Of a DNA stretch of 64,000 nt, positions 1 to 15,500 are shown piece after piece. Made by a program: the position numbers and the translations under genes. Numbering within the stretch: position 1 is the first letter of the stretch; every line of letters starts with the position of its first letter. Source of the stretch: Eledone cirrhosa (taxonomy: Eukaryota); contig OZ024744.1 of NCBI GenBank assembly GCA_964016885.1, positions 24,738,001 through 24,802,000 on the forward strand, read 5' to 3'. A model generated the notes under the pieces. That model saw only the letters and a list, made by a program, of their open reading frames with translations. It was not told the DNA's origin and did not search any database.

Positions 1-129
1 TTTATGTATGTATGATAGATATTGGTCTCTTAGTGATAATGGCTTAATGAATGCATTGAGTGTGTAGGAAAATGATCGAAGGTTTTTTTCGACCCGATCT
101 GTATTATAAATATATATATTTCTCCCAAA

Positions 130-230
130 TGAAACAGTTCTAGAAGCCATTTCTATATTAAATATTTATACTTTGCTATGTATTGAGTACCTTACCTACT
201 GTGGTTACACCCGGTTGGACCCGGGATAAT

Positions 231-232
<2 letters not shown>
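130..232 (+). mobile_element. 3' remnant of HHR-bearing family A element ending in (TA)n
   Basis: atgaaacagttctagaagccatttctatattaaa...ctgtggttac matches the reverse complement of 44765-44860 and 18978-19085. Confidence 0.65.
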
Positions 233-308
<76 letters not shown>

Positions 309-535
309 TCTACATATTGCAGTATCTAAAGGGGAGAAAAAAGAAGAAGAAAAAGAAAGGAAGAGGGAGGGGGGCAGATACTACACCCCAGTCTTCACAG
401 TGTCTCAACTTTATCACCAGAAATCTACTGAACCGTTCCAATAGCTCCCACCGCTACGACAATACAAATGACTTTATCATTCCACTTTTTCTTTATTAAT
501 TCCTGCTTCTCTTCTTAAGTAATTCTATCTTTCAG

Positions 536-3500
536 TAAACACCTCCTCCCACACCACTGATTGGTATAAACCAATCTACCCCACCACCACCACTACAACC
601 ACTATCACCACCACCACAACTGATTGGTATAAACAAATCTACCCCACCACCACCACTACAACCACCATCACCACCACCACTGATTGATATAAACCAATCT
701 ACCCCACCACCACCACTACAACCACTATCACCACCACCACAACTGATTGGTATAAACCAATCTACCCCACCACCACCACTACAACCACCATCACCACCAC
801 CACTGATTGGTATAAACCAATCTACCCCACCGCCACCACTACAACCACTATCATCACCACCACCACTGATTGGTATAAACCAATCTACCCCACCACCGCC
901 ACTACAACCACTATCACCACCATCACCACCACCACTTATTAGTATAAACCAATCTACCCCACCACTACCACTACACCTACCACTATCACCACCACCACCA
1001 CTGATTAGTATAAACCAATCTACCCCACCACCACCACTACAACCACCACCACCACCCCCACTGATGGGTATAAACGAATCTACCCCACCACCACCGCTAC
1101 AACCACTATCACCACCACCATCACTGATTGGTATAAACCAATCTACCCCACCACCCCTACAACCACCACCACCACTGATTAGTATAAAACAATCTACGCC
1201 ACCACCACCACTACAATCACTATCACCATCACCACCACCACTAATTGGTATAAACCAATCTACCCCACCACCACCACTACAACCACTATCACCACCATCA
1301 CCACCACCACGGATTAGTATAAACCAATCTACCCCACCACCCCACTCCAACCATCAGCACCACCACCACCTCTGAATGGTATAAACCAATCTACCCCACC
1401 AGCACCACTACAACCACCACCACAACCACTGATTGGTATAAACCAATCTACGCCACCACCACCAATACAACCACCACCACCACCACTGATTGGTATAAAC
1501 CAATCTACGCCACCAACACCACTACAACCACTATCACCATCACCACCACCACTGATTGGTATAAACCAATCTACCCCACGACCACCACTACAACCACTAT
1601 CACCACCACCACCACCACTGATTGGTATAAACCAATCTACCCCACCACCACCACTACAACCACTATCACCATCACCACCACCACTGATTGGTATAAACCA
1701 ATCTACCCCACCACCACCACTACGACCACTATCACCATCACCACCACAACTGATTGGTATAAACCAATCTACCCCACCACAACCACTACAACCACTATCA
1801 CCACCACCACCACCACTACAACCACTATCACCACCACCACCACCACTGATTACTATAAACCAATCTACCTCTCCACCACCACTACAACCACTATCACCAC
1901 CACCACCACTGATTGGTATAAACCAATCTACGCCACCACCACCACTACAACCATATCACCACCACCACCACCTCCACTGATTGGTATAAACCAATCTACC
2001 CCACCACCACCACTACAACCAATATCACCACCATCACCACCACCACTGATTGGTATAAACCAATCTACCCGACCACCACCACTACAACCACTATCACCAC
2101 CACCACTGGTTGGTATAAACCAATCTACCCACCACCTCCACTACAACCATACTCTCCACCACCACCACTAATTGGTATAAACAAATCTACCCCACCACCA
2201 CCACCACCACCACTGATTGGTATAAACCAATCTACCCCACCACCTCCACTACAACCACTATCTCCACCACCACCACTACAACCACTATCACCACCACCAC
2301 CACTGATTGGTATAAACCAGTCTACACCACCACAACAAACACTATCAGCACCACCACCACTAATTGCTATAAACCAATCTACCCCACCACCACCAGTACA
2401 ACCACTATCACCACCACCACCACCACAACGGATTAGTATAAATCAATCTACCCAACCACCACCACTCCAACCATCACCACCACCACCACATCTGATTGGT
2501 ATAAACCAATCTTCCCCACCACCACCACTACAACCACCACCACAACCACTGATGGGTATAAACCAATCTACCCCACCACCACCGCCACCTCCACTGATTG
2601 GTATAAACCAATCTACGCCACCACCACCACTACAACCACTATCACCACCATCTCCACTGATTGGTGTAAACCAATCTACCCCACCACCACCACTACGACC
2701 ACTATCACCACCATCACAACCACCACTTATTAGTATAAACCAATCTAAACCACCACCACCACTACAACAACCAAAATTACCACCACCACCACTGATTAGT
2801 ATAAACTAATCTACCCCACCACCACCACTAAAACCACCACCACCACCAGCACCTCTGATTAGTATAAACCAGTCTAGCCCACCACCACTACAACCACTAT
2901 CACCACATCACCACTGATTAGTATAAACCAATCTACCCCACCACCACCAATACAACCACCACCACCACCACCACTGATTAGTATGAACCAGTCTACTCCA
3001 CCACCACCACTACAACCACTATCACCACCACCACCACTGATTGGTATAAACCAATCTACCACACCACCACTAATTGGTATAAACCAATCTACCCCACCAC
3101 CTCCATTACAACCACTATCTCCACCACCACCACTAATTGGTATAAACCAATCTACCCCACCACCACCACTACAACCACTATCACCACCATTACCACCACC
3201 ACGGATTAGTATAAACCAATCTACCCCACCACCCCACTCCAACCATCAGCACCACCACCACCTCTGAATGGTATAAACCAATCTACCCCACCAGCACCAC
3301 TACAACCACCACCACAACCACTGATTGGTATAAACCAATCTACGCCACCACCACCAATACAACCACCACCACCACCACCACTGATTGGTATAAACCAATC
3401 TACGCCACCAACACCACTACAACCACTATCACCATCACCACCACCACTGATTGGTATAAACCAATCTACCCCACGACCACCACTACAACCACTATCACCA

Positions 3501-6500
3501 CCACCACCACCACTGATTGGTATAAACCAATCTACCCCACCACCACCACTACAACCACTATCACCACCACCACCACCACTGATTACTATAAACTAATCTG
3601 CCCTCCACCACCAAAACAACCACCATATCCACCACCACCACTGATTGGTAAAAAACAATCTACCCCACCACCAACACTACAACCACTATCACCACCATCA
3701 CCACCACCACTGATTGGTATAAACCAATCTACCCCACCACCACCACTACAACCACTATCACCCCCACTACTGATTGGTATAAACCAATCTACCCCACCAC
3801 CACCACTCCAACCACCACCACCACCACCACCACCACTGATTAGTATGAACCAGTCTACACCACCACCACCACTACAACCAATATCACCACCACCACCACT
3901 GATTGGTATAAACCAATCTACCCCACCACCACCACTACAACCACCATCACCACCACCACCAATGATTAGTATAAACTAATCTACCCCACCACCACCACTA
4001 AAACCACCACCACCACCACCACCACTGATTAGTATAAACCAGTCTATCCCACCACCACCACTACAACCACTATCATCACAACCACCACTGATTGGTATAA
4101 ACCAATCTACCCCACCACCACCAATACAACCACCACCACAACCACTGATTAGTATGAACCAGTCTACACCACCACCACCACTACAACCACTATCACCACC
4201 ACCACCACCACTGATTGGTATAAACCAATCTACCCACCACCTCCACTACAACCACTATCACCACCACCACCACGGATTGGTATAAACCAATATACCACAC
4301 CACCACCACTACAACCACCACCACCACCACCACTAATTGGTATAAACCAATCTACCCCACCACCTCCACTACAACCACTATCTCCACCACCACCACTAAT
4401 TCGTATAAACCAATCTACCCCACCACCACCACTACAACCACTATCACCACCATCACCACCACCACGGATTAGTATAAACCAATCTACCCCACCACCCCAC
4501 TCCAACCATCAGCACCACCACCACCTCTGAATGGTATAAACCAATCTACCCCACCAGCACCACTACAACCACCACCACAACCACTGATTGGTATAAACCA
4601 ATCTACGCCACCACCACCAATACAACCACCACCACCACCACCACTAATTGGTATAAACCAATCTACCTCACCACCACCACTACAACCACTATCACCACTA
4701 CCACCACTAATTGGTATAAACCAATCTACCCTACCACCACCACTACAACCACCATCACCACCACCACCACCACCACCACTGATTGGTATAAACCAATCTA
4801 CGCCACCACCACCACTACAACCACTATCACCACCACCACCACCACTGATTACTATAAACTAATCTGCCCTCCACCACCAATACAACCACCATCACCACCA
4901 CCACCACTGATTGGTATAAAACAATCTACCCCACCACTACAACCACTATCACCACCATCACCACCACCACTGATTGGTATAAACCAATCTACCCCTCCAC
5001 CACCACTACAACCACTATCACCCCCACTACTGATTGGTATAAACCAATCTACCCCACCACCACCACTCCAACCACCACCACCACCACCACCACTGATTAG
5101 TATGAACCAGTCTACACCACCACCACCACTACAACCAATATCACCACCACCACCACTGATTGGTATAAACCAATCTACCCCACCACCACCACTACAACCA
5201 CTATCACCACCACCACCACTGATTAGTATAAACTAATCTACCCCACCACCACCACTAAAACCACCACCACCACCACCACCACTGATTAGTATAAACCAGT
5301 CTATCCCACCACCACCACTACAACCACTATCATCACAACCACCACTGATTGGTATAAACCAATCTACCCCACCACCACCAATACAACCACCACCACCACC
5401 ACCACTGATTGGTATGAACCAGTCTACACCACCACCACCACTACAACCACTATCACCACCACCACCACTAATTGGTATAAACCAATCTACCCCACCACCA
5501 CCACCACCACGGATTAGTATAAACCAATCTACCCCACCACCCCACTCCAACCATCAGCACCACCACCACCTCTGAATGGTATAAACCAATCTACCCCACC
5601 AGCACCACTACAACCACCACCACAACCACTGATTGGTATAAACCAATCTACGCCACCACCACCAATACAACCACCACCACCACCATCACCAGTGATTGGT
5701 ATAAACCAATCTACCCCACCACCACCACTACAACCACTATCACCACCACCACCACTAATTGGTATAAACCAATCTACCTCACCACCACCACTACAACCAC
5801 TATCACCACCACCACCACTAATTGGTATAAACCAATCTACCCCACCACCACCACTACAACCACCATCACCACCACCACCACCACCACTGATTGGTATAAA
5901 CCAATCTACGCCACCACCACCACTACCACCACTATCACCATCACCACCACCACTGATTGGTATAAACCAATATACCCCACGACCACCAGTACAACCACTA
6001 TCACCACCACCACCATCACTGATTGGTATAAACCAATCTACCCCACCACCACCACTACAACCACTATCACCACCACCACCACCACTGATTACTATAAACT
6101 AATCTGCCCTCCACCACCAATACAACCACCATCAACACCACCACCACTGATTGGTATGAAACAATCTACCCCACCACCACCACTACAACCACTATCACCC
6201 CCACTACTGTTTGGTATAAACCAATCTACCCCACCACCACCACTCCAACCACCACTACCACCACCACCACTGATTTGTATAAACCAGTCTACACCACCAC
6301 CACCACTACAACCACTATCACCATCACCACCACCACTGATTGGTATAAACCAATCTACCCCACCACCACCACTACAACCACTATCACCACCACCACCACC
6401 ACTGATTACTATAAACTAATCTGCCCTCCACCACCAATACAACCACCATCACCACCACCACCACTGATTGGTATGAAACAATCTACCCCACCACCACCAC

Positions 6501-9500
6501 TACAACCACTATCACCACCATCACCACCTCCACTGATTGGTATAAACCAATCTACCCCACCACCTCCACTACAACCACAACCACTGATTGGTATAAAACA
6601 ATCTACGCCACCACCACCACTACAACCACTATCACCACCACCACCACCACTAATTGGTATAAACCAATCTATCCCACCACAACCACTACAACCGCTATCA
6701 CCACCATCCCCACCACCACTAATCGGTATAAACCAATCTAGCCCACCACCACCAATACAACAACTACCACCACCACCACTGATTGGTATAAACCAATCTA
6801 CGCCACCACCTCCACTACAACCACTATCTCCACCACCACCACTAATTGGTATGAACCAGTCTACACCACCACCACTACTACAACCACTATCACCACCACC
6901 ACCACTGATTGGTATAAACCAGTCTAAACCATCACTACAAACACTATCACCACTACCACCACTAATTGGTATAAACCAATCTACCCCACCACCACCAGTA
7001 CAACCACTATCACCACCATCACCACCACCACGGATTAGTATAAACCAATCTACCCCACCACCACCACTCCAACCACTATCACCACCAACATCTCTGATTG
7101 CTATAAACCAATCTACCTCACCAGCACCACTACAACCACCACCACAACCACTGATTGATATAAACCAATCTACGCCACCACCACCAATACAACCACAATC
7201 ACCACCACCACCAGTGATTGGCATAAACCAATCTACCCCACCACCACCACTACAACCACTATCACCACCACCACCACCACTAATTGGTATAAACCAATCT
7301 ACCCCACCACCACCACTACAACCACTATCACCACCACCACCACCACCACTAATTGTTATAAACCAATCTACCCCACCACCACCACTACAACCACTATTAC
7401 CACCACCTCCACCACTGATTACTATAAACCAATCTACCCCACCACCACCACTACAACCACTATCACCATCACCACCACCACTGATTGGTATAAACCAATC
7501 TACCCCACCACCACCACTACAACCACTATCACCACCACCACCACTGACTAGTATAAACCAATCTACCCCACCACCACCAATACAACCACCACCACCACCA
7601 CCACTACAACCACTATCACCACCACCACCACTGACTAGTATAAACCAATCTACCCCACCACCACCAATACAATCACCACCACCACCACCACTGATTGGTA
7701 TAAACCAATCTACCCCACCACCTCCACTACAACCACTATCACCACCACCACCACTGATTGGTATAAACCAGTCTACACCACCACTACAAACACTATCACC
7801 ACTACCACCACTACAAACATTATCACTACCAACTCCACTATTTGGTATAAACCAATCTACCCCACCAGCCCACTCCAACCATCAGCACCACCACCACCTC
7901 TGAATGGTATAAACCATTCTACCCCACCAGAACCACTATAACCACCACCACAACCACTGATTGGTATAAACCAATCTACCCCACCTCCACCACTACAACC
8001 ACTATCACCACCACCACCACTAATTGGTATAAACCAATCTACCCCACCCCCACCACTACAACCACTATCACCACCACCACCACTAATTGGTATAAACCAA
8101 TCTACCCCACCTCCACCACTACAACCACTATCACCACCACCTCCACTAATTGGTATAAACCAATCTACCCCACCTCCACCACTACAACCATTATCACCAC
8201 CACCACCACTAATTGGTATAAACCAATCTACCCCACCACCACCACTACAACCACTATCACCACCACCACCACTGATTGGTATAAACCAATCTACCCCACC
8301 ACCACCACTACGACCACCATCACCACCACCACCACCACCACCACTGATTGGTATAAACCAATCTACGCCACCACCACCACTACAACCACTATCACCATCA
8401 CCACCACCACTGATTGGTATAGACCAATCTACACCACGACCACCACTACAACCACTATCACCACCACCACCACCACTGATTGGTATAAACCAATCTACCC
8501 CACCACCATCACTACAACCACTATCACCACCACCACCACCACTGATTGCTATAAACTAATCTGCCCTCCACCACCAATACAACCACCATCACCACCACGA
8601 CCACTGATTGGTATAAAACAATCTACCCCACCACCACCACTACAACCACTATCACCACCATCACCACCACCACTGATTGGTATAAACCAATCTACCCCAC
8701 CACCACCACTACAACAACTATCACCTCCACCACCAGTGATTGGTATAAACCAATCTACCCCACCACCACCACTCCAACCACCACCACCACCACCACCACT
8801 GATTTGTATAAACCAGTCTACACCACCACCACCACTACAACCACTATCACCACCACCACCACTGATTGGTATAAACCAGTCTACACCACCACTACAAACA
8901 CTATCACCACCACCACCACTAATTGGTATAAACCAATCTACGCCACCACCACCATTACAACCACTATCACCACCACCACTGATTGGTATAAATCAATCTA
9001 CCCCACCACCTCCACTACAACCACAACCACTGATTGGTATAAAACAATCTACGCCACCACCATCACTACAACCACTATCACCACCACCACCACTGATTGG
9101 TATAAACCAATCTACCTCACCACGACCACTACAACCACTATCACCACCACCACCACTAATTGGTATAAACCAATCTACCCCACCACCACCACTACAACCA
9201 CCATCACCACCACCACCACCACCACTGATTGGTATAAACCAATCTACGCCACCACCACTACCACCACTATCACCATCACCACCACCACTCATTGGTATAA
9301 ACCAATCTACCCCACCACCACCACTACAACCACTATCACCACCACCACCACCACTGATTACTATAAACTAATCTGCCCTCCACCACCAATACAACCACCA
9401 TCACCACCACCACCACTGATTGGTATGAAACAATCTACCCCACCACCACCACTACAACCACTATCACCACCATCACCACCTCCACTGATTGGTATAAACC

Positions 9501-12500
9501 AATCTACCCCACCACCTCCACTACAACCACAACCACTGATTGGTATAAAACAATCTACGCCACCACCACCACTACAACCACTATCACCACCACCACCACC
9601 ACTAATTGGTATAAACCAATCTACCCCACCACAACCACTACAACCGCTATCACCACCATCCCCACCACCACTAATCGGTATAAACCAATCTAGCCCACCA
9701 CCACCAATACAACAACTACCACCACCACCACTGATTGGTATAAACCAATCTACGCCACCAACTCCACTACAACCACTATCTCCACCACCACCACTAATTG
9801 GTATGAACCAGTCTACACCACCACCACTACTACAACCACTATCACCACCACCACCACTGATTGGTATAAACCAGTCTACACCATCACTACAAACACTATC
9901 ACCACTACCACCACTAATTGGTATAAACCAATCTACCCCACCACCACCAGTACAACCACTATCACCACCATCACCACCACCACGGATTAGTATAAACCAA
10001 TCTACCCCACCACCACCACTCCAACCACTATCACCACCAACATCTCTGATTGCTATAAACCAATCTACCTCACCAGCACCACTACAACCACCACCACAAC
10101 CACTGATTGATATAAACCAATCTACGCCACCACCACCAATACAACCACAATCACCACCACCACCAGTGATTGGCATAAACCAATCTACCCCACCACCACC
10201 ACTACAACCACTATCACCACCACCACCACCACTAATTGGTATAAACCAATCTACCCCACCACCACCACTACAACCACTATCACCACCACCACCACCACCA
10301 CTAATTGTTATAAACCAATCTACCCCACCACCACCACTACAACCACTATTACCACCACCTCCACCACTGATTACTATAAACCAATCTACCCCACCACCAC
10401 CACTACAACCACTATCACCATCACCACCACCACTGATTGGTATAAACCAATCTACCCCACCACCACCACTACAACCACTATCACCACCACCACCACTGAC
10501 TAGTATAAACCAATCTACCCCACCACCACCAATACAACCACCACCACCACCACCACTGATTAGTATGAACCAGTCTACACCACCACCACCACTACAACCT
10601 CTATCACCACCACCACCACTGACTAGTATAAACCAATCTACCCCACCACCACCAATACAACCACCACCACCACCACCACTGATTGGTATAAACCAATCTA
10701 CCCCACCACCTCCACTACAACCACTATCACCACCACCACCACTGATTGGTATAAACCAGTCTACACCACCACTACAAACACTATCACCACTACCACCACT
10801 ACAAACATTATCACTACCAACTCCACTAATTGGTATAAACCAATCTACCCCACCACCCCACTCCAACCATCAGCACCACCACCACCTCTGAATGGTATAA
10901 ACCAATCTACCCCACCAGAACCACTATAACCACCACCACAACCACTGATTGGTATAAACCAATCTACCCCATCTCCACCACTACAACCACTATCACCACC
11001 ACCACCACTAATTGGTATAAACCAATCTACCCCACCCCCACCACTACAACCACTATCACCACCACCACCACTAATTGGTATAAACCAATCTACCCCACCT
11101 CCACCACTACAACCACTATCACCACCACCTCCACTAATTGGTATAAACCAATCTACCCCACCTCCACCACTACAACCATTATCACCACCACCACCACTAA
11201 TTGGTATAAACCAATCTACCCCACCACCACCACTACAACCACTATCACCACCACCACCACTGATTGGTATAAACCAATCTACCCCACCACCACCACTACG
11301 ACCACCATCACCACCACCACCACCACCACTGATTGGTATAAACCAATCTACGCCACCACCACCACTACAACCACTATCACCATCACCACCACCACTGATT
11401 GGTATAGACCAATCTACACCACGACCACCACTACAACCACTATCACCACCACCACCACCACTGATTGGTATAAACCAATCTACCCCACCACTATCACTAC
11501 AACCACTATCACCACCACCACCACCACTGATTGCTATAAACTAATCTGCCCTCCACCACCAATACAACCACCATCACCACCACGACCACTGATTGGTATA
11601 AAACAATCTACCCCACCACCACCACTACAACCACTATCACCACCATCACCACCACCACTGATTGGTATAAACCAATCTACCCCACCACCACCACTACAAC
11701 AACTATCACCTCCACCACCAGTGATTGGTATAAACCAATCTACCCCACCACCACCACTCCAACCACCACCACCACCACCACCACTGATTTGTATAAACCA
11801 GTCTACCCCACCACCACCACTACAACCACTATCACCACCACCACCACTGATTGGTATAAACCAGTCTACACCACCACTACAAACACTATCACCATCACCA
11901 CCACTAATTGGTATAAACCAATCTACCCCACCACCTCCACTACCACCACAACCACTGATTGGTATAAAACAATCTACGCCACCACCACCATTACAACCAC
12001 TATCGCCACCACCACTGATTGGTATAAATCAATCTACCCCACCACCACCACTACAACCACTATCACCACCACCACCACCTCTAATTGGTATAAACCAATC
12101 TACCCCACCACCACCACTACAACCACTATCACCACCACCACCACTAATTGGTATAAACCAATCTACCCCACCACAACCACTACAACCACTATCACCACCA
12201 CCTCCACTAATTGGTATAAACCAATCTACTCCACCACCAACATTACAACCACTATCACCACCACCACCACCACCACTGATTGATATAGACCAATCTACGC
12301 CACCACCACCACTACAACCAGTATCACCACCACCTCCACTGATTGGTATAAACCAGTCTACCCCATCACCACCACCACTACAACCACTATCACCACCACC
12401 ACCACTGATTCGTATAAACCAATCTACCACACCACCAACACTACAACCGCTATCACCACCATCCCCACCACCACTGGTTGGTATAAACCAATCTACCCCA

Positions 12501-15500
12501 CCACCACCAATACAACCACCACCACCACCATCACCACCACTGATTAGTATAAACCAGTCAACACCACCACCACCACTACAACCACTATCACCACCACCAC
12601 TGATTGATATAAACCAATCTACCCTACCACAAACCACTCCAACCACCACCACCACCACCACCACCACTGATTAGTATGAACCAGTCTACACCACCACAAC
12701 CACTACAACCACTATCATCACCATCTCCACTGATTGGTATAAACCAATCTACCCCACCACATCCACTACAACGACTATCTCCACCACCACCACTAATTGT
12801 TATGAACCAATCTACCCCACCACCACCACTACAACCACTATCACCACCACCACCACTGATTGGTATAAACCAGTCTACACCACCACTACAAACACTATCA
12901 CCACTACCACCACTAATTGGTATAAACCAATCTACCCCACCACCACCAGTACAACCACTATCACCACCATCACCACCACTACGGAGTAGTATAAACCAAT
13001 CTACCCCACCACCACCACTACAACCACCACCACAACCACTGATTGTTATAAACCAATCTACGCCACCACCACCAATACAACCACAATCACCACCACCACC
13101 AGTGATTGGTATAAACCAATCTATCCCACCACCACCACTACAACCACTATCACCACCACCACCACTAATTGTTATTAACCAATCTACCCCACCACCACCA
13201 CTACAACCACTATCACCACCACCTCCACCACCAGTGATTGGTATAAACCAATCTACGCCACCACCACCACTACAACCACTATGACCACCACCTCCACTGA
13301 TTGGTATAAACCAGTCTACCCCACCACCACCACTACAACCACTATCACCACCACCACCACTGATTGGTATAAACCAATCTACCCCAACACCAATACTACA
13401 GCCGCTATCACCACCATCCCCACCACCACTGATTGGTATAAACCAATCTACCCCATCACCACCAATACAACCACCACCACCACCACCACTGATTGGTATA
13501 AACCAGTCTACCCCACCACCACCACTACAACCACTATCACCACCACCACCACTAATTGTTATAAACCAATCTACCCCACCACGACCACTACAACCACTAT
13601 CACCACCACCACCACCACCACTGATTGGTATAAACCAATCTACGCCACCACCACCACTACAACCACTATCACCACCACCTCCACTGATTGGTATAAACCA
13701 GTCTACCCCACCACCCCCACTACAACCACTATCACCACCACCACCACTGATTGGTATAAACCAATCTACCCCACCACCACCAATACAAGAACCACCACCA
13801 CCACCACTGATTGGTATAAATCAATCTACCCCACCACCACCACAACAAACACTATCACCACCACCACCACCACCACCACCACTAATTGGTATAAACCAAT
13901 CTACCCCACCACCACCACAACCGCCACCTCCACTGATTGGTATACACCAATCTACGCCATCACCACCACTACAAACACTATCACCACCACCACCACTGAT
14001 TGGTATAAACCAATCTACGCCATCACCACCACTACAAACACTATCACCACCATCTCCACTGATTGGTATAAACCAATCTACGCCACCACCACCAGTACAA
14101 CCACTATCACCACCATCACCACCACCACGGATTAGTATAAACCAATCTACCCCACCACCACCAGTACAACCACTATCACCACCATCACCACCACCACGGA
14201 TTGGTATAAACCAGTCTACCCCAACACCACCACTACAACCACTATCACCACCACCACCACCGATTGGTATAAACCAATCTACCCCACCACCACCAGTACA
14301 ACCACTATCACCACCACCACCACCACCACGGATTGGTATAAACCAATCTACCCCACCACCACTACTACAACCTCTATCATCACCACCACCACCACCACTA
14401 TTTGTATAAACCAATCTACCCCACCACCACCAGTACAACCACTATCACCACCACCACCACCACCACTATTTGTATAAACCAATCTACCCCTCCACCACCA
14501 CTACAACCACTACCACCACCACCACCACCACCACTAATTGTATAAACCAATCTACCCCACCACCACCACTACAACCACTATCAGCACCACCACCACCACC
14601 ACCACCACTACAACCACTATCACCACCCCCACCAACACCACCACCACTAATTGTATAAACCAATCTACCCCACCACCACTACTACAACCACTATCACCAC
14701 CACCACCACCACCACCACTACAACCACTATCACCACCACCACCACCACCACCACCACTAATTGTATAAACCAATCTACGCCACCACCACCACTACAACCA
14801 CTATCACCACCACCACCACCACCACCACTACAACCACTATCACCACCACCACCACCACCACCACCACTAATTGTATAAACCAATCTACCCCACCACCACT
14901 ACTACAACCACTATCACCACCACCACCACCACCACCACTACAACCACTATCACCACCCCCACCACCACCACCACCACTAATTGTATAAACCAATCTACCC
15001 CACCACCACCACTACAACCACTAACACCACCACCACCACCACCACCACTACAACCACTATCACCACCACCACCACCACCACCACCACTAATTGTATAAAC
15101 CAATTTACCCCACCACCGCTACTACAACCACTATCACCACCACCACCACCACCACCACTACAACCACTATCACCACCACATCCACCACCACCACTACAAC
15201 CACTATCACCACCACCACCACCACCACCACCACTAATTGTATAAACCAATCTACCCCACCACCACCACTACAACCACTATCAGCACCACCACCACCACCA
15301 CCACCACTACAACCACTATCACCACCCCCACCACCACCACCACCACTAATTGTATAAACCAATCTACCCCACCACCACCACTACAACCACTATCACCACC
15401 ACCACCACCACCACCACTACAACCACTATCACCACCACCACCACCACCACCACCCCTAATTGTATAAACCAATTTACCCCACCACCACTACTACAACCAC

